From NCBI GenBank assembly GCA_964658305.1, contig OZ210885.1, positions 13,950,001 to 14,014,000 of the forward strand: a stretch of DNA of 64,000 nt. The letters run 5' to 3'. The notes under the pieces were generated by a model. That model searched no databases and was not told where the DNA came from. It saw only the letters and a program-made list of their open reading frames with translations. Positions 56,545-64,000 of the stretch are shown piece by piece (position 1 is the first letter of the stretch; each line of letters begins with the position of its first letter). The stretch comes from Leptogorgia sarmentosa (lineage: Eukaryota). The translations under genes and the position numbers were made by a program.

Positions 56545-59500
56545 CGTCTTTGTCGTGTCAGGTTCTTCACCCTTGCAGTAGAGGATCTATGCTCAGGAAC
56601 ACGGACCTGTAAGTCTGCACGCAAGGTTTACAACCAGCTGCAGTTCTTTTTGCAGAACCGCCTTCTTCTTTATTCTGTCTTCCCACTGTTTGGCCGGCCT
56701 ACTTGGATAGGTGTCAAGGTAGCAGTTTGTCCATTCTTTTTCTTTTGGACTGCTTTTCTTGTTCTTCGGAACTCGATTGGTAGTCTTTCCTGCTGTTTGT
56801 TGCGCGGTTAGCACGCGACACAGCATAGGGCCGTCCATTACAGTGTTTTTATTGTTTTTATTAGGTAGTGGGTACTAGCTCTTCTTGTGTGTGACCTGTC
56901 GAGGAGTCTGTTTGGGGACAACTCAAAGGTTGGTGGTCTTTTAGGTTATTTTTTGCTTTCGGTGTTGCGGATTGAGGTCGGTGGGCCAACATATCCGTTC
57001 CCTGGCTCTTGTTCTTTCAAGGACCTTTCTTTCCACTTAGTTTTTTGATCCTTAGTGTGTGTGGGTCTTAATTTGTAGTACTTTTTAAGGCTCAATTTTT
57101 TGTCACTCGGGTTTTACCTGTTTTGGCAGTGTGTTAGGATCAATTTGGTTTAGTTAACGCTTAAATAGTAATTTATAATAGTATGTCTGCCCCAGCTGTA
57201 TTTAGTCAGGAGGACTTTGCGAAGTGGAACCAGACCATGTCTGTGTTTCTCTTGCCAAAGAAACTAGTTGGCAAATCCAAAGTCCCTCAGCTGCAGGGAA
57301 GAATTAGTTAAGGCCATTGGGGAGAAGCGTGTGTCTTGTGTTCAGGCCTTGCCTGGCATGAAATTTCGTGTTTGTTTTTCTTCTCCCTCCATTCGAAGTC
57401 AGTTTGACATCAACGGCCTTAACTTTCGGGTCCTTACCATCACGCCCTTCCCGGCCTATGAGGAGGTCAAATCCGAGTTTGTCGATCGTACGCCCCCTCA
57501 GATGATATTTATGACGCCTTGGCACCATATGGTCGTGTTATCTCGGTGAAGCACTTAACCATCAAGGGCTTCCCGTCTGTTAAATCTGGCACACATATGG
57601 TGCCAATAGTAATTTCGAAGGTCATCCCAGCTGAAATCCGCATGTTTGGATTTCAGCTGTCGTTTCGTTACCGTGGGCAGCCTCCAACTTGCTTTGCGTG
57701 CCAGGAGGTGGGGCACACTGCAAAGGACTGCTCAAAGTCTTCAAAACGACGTAACCCAGCCAAAAATAAAAATAATGCTGGTAAACCTAAGCCTACAGCG
57801 GCTAAGGCAAAGGAATGCAATAACCAGCCGGCTTTGTCCAGTAAAACTGCATCCTCCTCTTCTTCTCACACTGGAGATCTACGTGAGAAGTTAGCTAAGA
57901 AGGCTACTACACCAGCAGTGCCGTCTGTTCAGGCTGTAGAGGGTAAAACCAGTAAATCTAAGCCTACAGTGGCTTCGGCCAAGAATGGCAATAACCAGCA
58001 AGCTTCCTCTTCTCGCAAGGGAGACCTTGAGAATAATAAAGAAAGCTAGAAGGACAGCTGTGCCGTCTGGTCAGGCTGGCAAGACTAATTCTACTGCATC
58101 TCAGGCTAAGGTGGTAAAGGATCTCTTAGTTTCGGCTGAGGAGAGCACCTACCTGCCAGGGATGTTCCTTTATCCTCCTCCTCCTTGAGTAGTGAGGATG
58201 AGGAAGTTATAGTGTGCAAGAGGGTATGCCAGTCCGCTCCTGCTCCTCCTCCGAGTCCAATGTTAGCGTGTGGTCGGAGTTCCCGAGCCCTCCTCAAACT
58301 GCCACTCCTGAGGGGATGGAGGCAGAGGCTGACGTTGACAAGTGTTTGAGTGGTGATACGGTAGTTGATCCTATCGTCGCTCATGAATCTGCGCCTGCTC
58401 TTGCCTCTACTGAGCCAGTCGGATCCCCGGAGCGTATGGATGATGCTCCCGTGCATCCTCAGGCTGCTGTGGACGATGATAATGCTGCTTTGCAGGACCC
58501 TCAGTCTGAGTCATCTGTGCCAGGACGCAACAGTCTGAGTCATCCCTTGATCTTTTCGAGGCACTGGCATCGATCCATGAAGCCTCACTGTCTGGTCTCA
58601 GCGATGATGTCAGCGAGGTTGGTGCATCTTCGACATGCACGATGTGCATGTGATCAGCTTCGTGCTGATCAACTCGAGGCGCTCCTTCTTGGTGAGCTGG
58701 CCACATCTGGGACATCAGATTCCGATGGCGAGTCTGTTGTCCATTAACATCAGTGGTCTTAACCACCGTATTAAACAAACCACCCTGGTGGATTGGTTAA
58801 AGTGTATGAAGGTGGATGTAGCATGTTTGCAAGAAATGCATGCTCCGCATGAATCATTAGGAAGTGGTTTGCTAATTCTGGCTTTCGAGTTGTCTCGTCG
58901 TCAGTTTCAAATAAACGTTGTGGTACGGCTATTCTTATTAAAGATTGTCACAAGGTTAAACATGTGATTTGAGACGATGATGGGCGGTTTGTCCAAGTCT
59001 TGGTTGATTTTGGGGAAGATCAGCTAAGTTTCGTCTCACTATATGCCCCAAATAAGAATCTGTTGCCGTATCTGCCTCTCCACTTCCTGTGGATAACGAA
59101 CTTAGTCAAACCAATTTAAATAGTCAGCCACATTGTATTGCCAAATTCACGCCTCAGTATGGACCTCTACACTGGCCCCAAACTTGGAGTCAGCTCCATC
59201 CATGTCCATTTGACCAGCTGGTGATCGAGCTGAACTGGCAAATAGCGCATGGCATTCTCTACACGGGCTCCAGCTTGGGAACCTGCTTAAACATGCCCAA
59301 CATGTGCAAGTGCATAACTCCCGAATGTGACCTGGCCCGTCTTTTGGTGGCATGGGTACATTAAAATTTATGGCAGATATGTCCTACTGCCGCACCATTT
59401 ACCGTCACGGAACTCTTGTTCGGCTTCTCGTCCGAAAGGCGCCGCATCATGATTCCCATACCATACCATCTGGGTGGCTCGCTGTGATTTCTGTTTCCGT

Positions 59501-59898
59501 GGTAAGCTGCCAGTCACCTCCAATTACCAGGCGAAAGCCATCGTGAAAATCAAGTTTGTCCTTCGCCTCTTTCGTCGTCGGTGCAAGTCTCCTGCTCAAG
59601 TGCGATCTTATGAGAGGGATTGGCTCGGTGGAGCGTGTCTTCTCCTTTTAGGTTTTTTAATCCTTTTTTCTTCCTCTGCCGTTCCGTGAAGGGGGGTCGC
59701 CTTCGTTGGTTGTACTGCCCGGATCGGTTCGGTGAGGTTGTTCTCTTTTTAAATCCCTGTTGCTGCCTGTATCAGGTGAGCATCGGTGCATGTACCATCC
59801 TAGTATGTGTTGTTTTTTATATAGAATTAAATGCACTAATCGAGGCATCGGAATAATAAATACTCTCAGGGTGCATTTAATGAGGAGGTAGGGATCGT
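56545..59898 (+). mobile_element. Family B copy 5, decayed, RT deleted
   Basis: Same 5' junction; fragmented ORF1; ORF2 jumps from APE to C-terminus near 59060; partial 3' UTR. Confidence 0.85.
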
Positions 59899-61102
59899 GA
59901 TTATACGTCTGTGTTTGAGGCTGTCGTCATGATAGCCCCTGGTCGGTGCCGCGTGACCTTCAAGGGAGCTCGGAAGATGAAGGTAGCTGAACATACGAGT
60001 TTGACCGTCCAGGGCCTCCCTGTCGAATTCCGGCCGGTATCCAAATACACCTGGATCAATGTTACCCACTTGTCTTACGGAGTCCCGGATGAAGAAATCT
60101 CCAAGGTTCTAAGTGGCTTTGGCGAGATTCGCAAGATCTCATCCGAGGTGTATTCACGCATCTACACTGGGGTCAGGCATGTGTTCATGGAAATTAAACA
60201 ACTCATTCCTTTCCGCATGCAGATTGCTGGTCACTGGTGCTTTGTGCATCATTAGGGCCAGAAACGTCTTTGTTTCGGGTGTGGGCAGGAAGGCCATAAT
60301 CGGTCGGCTTGTCCAGCTCTATCTCGGCCTGCTGTTGAGGGGTAAACGCAGGCTAGCCGTGAGACACCTAATAGTGCGGCACAGCCCATTGTGGACCAAG
60401 AGATCGAGCAGGTACGGGAGACCATGGCCAATTTGTTGGACACGGTGCTCTCTGAGCCTGGCGAGAACTCTGCAAGTTTGGGCAGTGCCCTTTCTTTGGC
60501 TTTTCCTCTTGTTCCGTCAGGGGCTACTGAGACCCAAACATCAAGGGCAAGTGGTTCCCTGCCCCAAGAACGCCGCCTATTCCACCGCCTCATTGTAAGC
60601 GTCGTCGGGCATCTAAGTCAGCGGAAAAGGACCGTTCGCGTTCTCCCCTCCGCAAAAACTCTCATCTGGAGAGTGAAGAGCCATCTTCGTGTGAAGAGCC
60701 CTATTATACCGTGCAATCAGAGGTTGACCATTCCAACCCGGATATCGAGCTCCCATCTGAAGAGAGACTATTGCCAGAGAATATCCCCCTGCCGGAAGAT
60801 GAGGGACCAAGTATCCCTTCTCTAATGGTTGGCATTCCTTCTATTGAGGGAATGTTAGATATCGATTTAAATGTTGATGGCTCACTTTCAGACATGGCTA
60901 ATGAATTATCTGACTCCCTCTTAAGTTCTTTCGCCCGGGATGGTGCTAGCTCTTCTGCTGCAGCTAGCCCCTCGAATATTTTTAGACCAGAAGCAACTCA
61001 GGCTTCTAAAGAAAATCTTGCTCTCCGTCGCTTTTTTGCAAATGATGGTGTCACTTCTGACGATGGGTCGGAAGGTAGCTTTTGAGTCTCCCTTGTTTAT
61101 AT

Positions 61103-61143
<41 letters not shown>

Positions 61144-63200
61144 GTAATATGATTTATATAGTACATCTTTCACACACTCATTATGGCTAAACAAGAAGTA
61201 ACCATAATAACCTTAAATGTTCAAGGGTTATGCAACGCACGTAATCGCAAAACTCTTTTTTCCTGGCTGAATTGTGCCAAGCCTGATAATGTTGCCACAC
61301 TCCTAAAGAGGAGTTTCACTATTGGCTACAAACAGAGAACCGAGAGCAAAATAACTTACAACGGTATCTTGTAGAATCTTCCCCGGGTACTACTCGTAGT
61401 GCTGGGGTTGCCATATTATATAAGCCTTGTTATAAAGTGGAAAGCATTTCCAGTGACACAAGTGGTCGGGTCATTGTTATCTGCTTTAAACATCTTGACC
61501 TCGAATCTGTCATTCACATTGTCAACATTTATGGACCGAACCAGAAGCAACAGGGTGACGAATTTTTCGGGTCCCTTCATCAGCACATAGATCCTTCGTT
61601 TTCCACCATCTTGTGTGGTGACTTTAATGTTGTAGCTGATTCCCATGTGGATAGATTCGGATGTAATGCCGATTCTCCATGGGCGTATAACTGGCCTAGT
61701 TCTCTGTCTTCACTAACCCATTCGTAGATAGTTGGTGTTTAATGCACCCAGATCAGCGGGGTTGCATGTGGCGTCGTGCCAATGACTCCCAGGTGTCCGG
61801 GCTCGATATGTTTTGGGTTTCTTCCTTGTTGCAGGAACATGTATCCGAAGTGTCCATTCTTCCATTTTTTCGATCGTTTTCTTCCGTGTGGCCCTTCCCG
61901 CTTTACCACAACGTGGTCCCGGAGTGTGGAAACTGAATGCCTCCTTGTTACACGACGAGACCCTGTGTGCAGAGGTTCGTTTTGGGCTTTGTGGCAGTTG
62001 GACAAATCCACTTTTCCCTCCTTAGCAGTATGGTGGGATGCGGGCAAGGCCCGGCTAAAACAGCTAATGCGGAAGTTTTCTCGGGGTACAGCCCGGAGTA
62101 GGCGTTCACAGGTTCATGATCTAGAAGCTCATTTAGCACAACTGTACCATTGTGAAGTGCTGGGTGACTATAACAACTTGCAGCGGTATCTTGTGGATTC
62201 TTCTCCGGGCCGGGCTGTATAACATTACTATACAAACCCTGCTTTAGGATGGAGCACGTTGACAGAGACGCAGATGGACGTGCTCTCATAGCACAATTGA
62301 AGCATATTGATTTTGAGTCTCTTATTCACGTTGTTAACATATATGGTCCAAATAAGAAGCTGGTGAAGATTTTTTTCCCTCCCTTCATCCAAAAATTGAT
62401 CTTTCTCTTCCCACTATCCTGTGTGGCAATTTTAACGTAGCAGTAGACCCCCATGGTGACCGACTGGGTTGTAATCCTGACTCTCCTTGGGACTACAGTT
62501 GGCCTGCTTCTCTATCTTCTCTGGTCGATTGGTGCGATCTGGTCAATACGTGGCAATTAACTCATCCCAACTAGACATGTTTTGGATTTTGTCTTCATTA
62601 CAAAAACACGTCTCTGAGGTATCCATTCTCCCCTTTTTTCGCTCGGACCATTCTTATGTATTCCTCCGTGTGGCCTTTCCAACACTACCGGAACGAGGTC
62701 CTGGGGTGTGGAAACTCAACACATCCTTGCTGCGCGATGAGACACTGTGCATGGAGGTCTGTAACTTCTGGGTCTCGTGGAAGTCCGAGAAAGATACTTT
62801 CAAAGATACAAGGCTCACTTGAAAGAAATCATCCGTCGTTTTTCTCAAGGCAAGGCTCGATCAAGGTGGTCGAACATGCACGATTTGGAATCCACCCTCA
62901 ATGGGTTGCTAATGGGGATGATGTGGCTCATCTAATAAAGGAACAAGAGATAAATTGGAGGTTGAGCACCACTACGCAGCAGAAGGTGCACGCATTCGGG
63001 GCAGGGAACAGTGGGCTAAGGAAGGTGAAACTTCCTCTGATCTTTTTTTTTCGGCAAGAGAAGGTGCAAGCATCACGGCGTTTGTTCACGGGTATTCGAA
63101 ATGCAAAGGGAACCATAGTGAGATCTATCACCGCAATTTTGCAGCTTTTATTGCATTTTCTATGTGCAACTTTTTACTGCCTCCATTTTATCATCCTCGG
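59899..63200 (+). mobile_element. Decayed family C-related Tx1 subfamily (ORF1 + rearranged ORF2 5' half)
   Basis: DYTSVFE, LSYGVPDEEI, (AAT)n inter-ORF, ITLNVQGL; APE region present twice (second from ~62168). Confidence 0.78.
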
Positions 63201-63669
63201 ATCAGTCGTTTTGTCAAAGTTGAAAGTCGTTTTTTTCGTTTTTTGACATTTTGCCAGAATGTCACATTCACGTTGAGGCTCTAGCTGCCATTCATGCTGC
63301 AAAATCTGCTGAAAACCCTCCTCCAATATTTTTTTGATATATCAAAAAGTTTTTGATTTTTAAAAGTTTCTGCTGCCATGTTAGATAAAAAATTTCTGTT
63401 TACAATTAAAATTTTATCTAACATGGCAAATACCTCTTTGTTCTATTACTTTCATGAGGATCGTTGTAAGCCACCTAGGTATATACAACATTCATACTGA
63501 CTTTCTGACAAATTGGAAATATCATCTCCATATACATCAGTATCAGCCACAACATGCAGGGTCGGATCCAGCCTAGAATCTGACAATATCAATAATATCG
63601 AGCAGCGCAAATGTAGAGTTCCGCAAATGCCATTTCCTGCGATTTGGCACGTCAATTTTAAACAAAAAT

Positions 63670-64000
63670 TGGAGAAAATGTTTGTCGTCAATAATCTTTT
63701 TCTTTATCTTCATACAACAACTTGGAGCAAAAGGAGAAAATGTTCATTGTTAATAATCTTTATGTTTATACAACAACTTGGAGGAAAAGGAGAAAATGTT
63801 CGTTGTTAATAATCTTTATCTTCATACAACAACTTGGAGGAAAAGGAGAAAATGTTCGTTGTTAATAATCTATATCTTTATCTTCATACAACAACTGGAG
63901 GAAAAGGAGAAAATGTTCGTCGTTAATAATCTTTATCTTTATCTTGATACAACAACTTGGAGGAAAAGGATAAAATGTTGGTCGTTAATAATCTTTATCT
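63670..64000. repeat. Minisatellite, ~55-62 bp unit
   Basis: TTCATACAACAACTTGGAGGAAAAGGAGAAAATGTTCGTTGTTAATAATCTTTATC repeated ~5-6 times to the window end. Confidence 0.9.

Noticed and set aside
1..64000. Prokaryotic RT system (retron, DGR, group II intron)
   Set aside because: RTs are fused to APE or RLE nucleases with gag-like ORF1s and lie in spliceosomal snRNA genes, i.e. eukaryotic non-LTR elements

Overview
Eukaryotic DNA, probably from an invertebrate and tentatively an anthozoan cnidarian (not provable here); no host protein-coding gene was found. The backbone is a head-to-tail array of alternating U2 and U1 snRNA genes with ~0.45-0.65 kb spacers, and every snRNA gene in the window is disrupted. 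Three Tx1-clade (L1 group) non-LTR retrotransposon lineages have inserted site-specifically, all in the sense orientation. Families A and C sit in U2 (target duplication TAAGAT, U2 nt 22-27). Family B sits in U1 (15-bp duplication ACTTACCTGACGCGA, U1 nt 3-17). One B copy (31394-37706) and one C copy (38386-44261) keep both ORFs intact. The element UTRs carry apparently snRNA-adapted RNA features. B begins with an 11-12 nt antisense copy of the U1 5' end. All three families end in an ATTGCAC stem-loop like the U1A/U2B''/SNF binding loop. A and C have arrays of short hairpins with compensatory changes in the 5' UTR, and their 3' UTR is better conserved than their ORFs. Secondary insertions include a TIR DNA transposon with a 9-bp TSD, several L2/CR1-type LINEs, MITEs and a decayed NeSL/Utopia-like RLE element ending 30 bp upstream of a U1 start. 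The array decays into a mosaic beyond ~44 kb and ends in a minisatellite.
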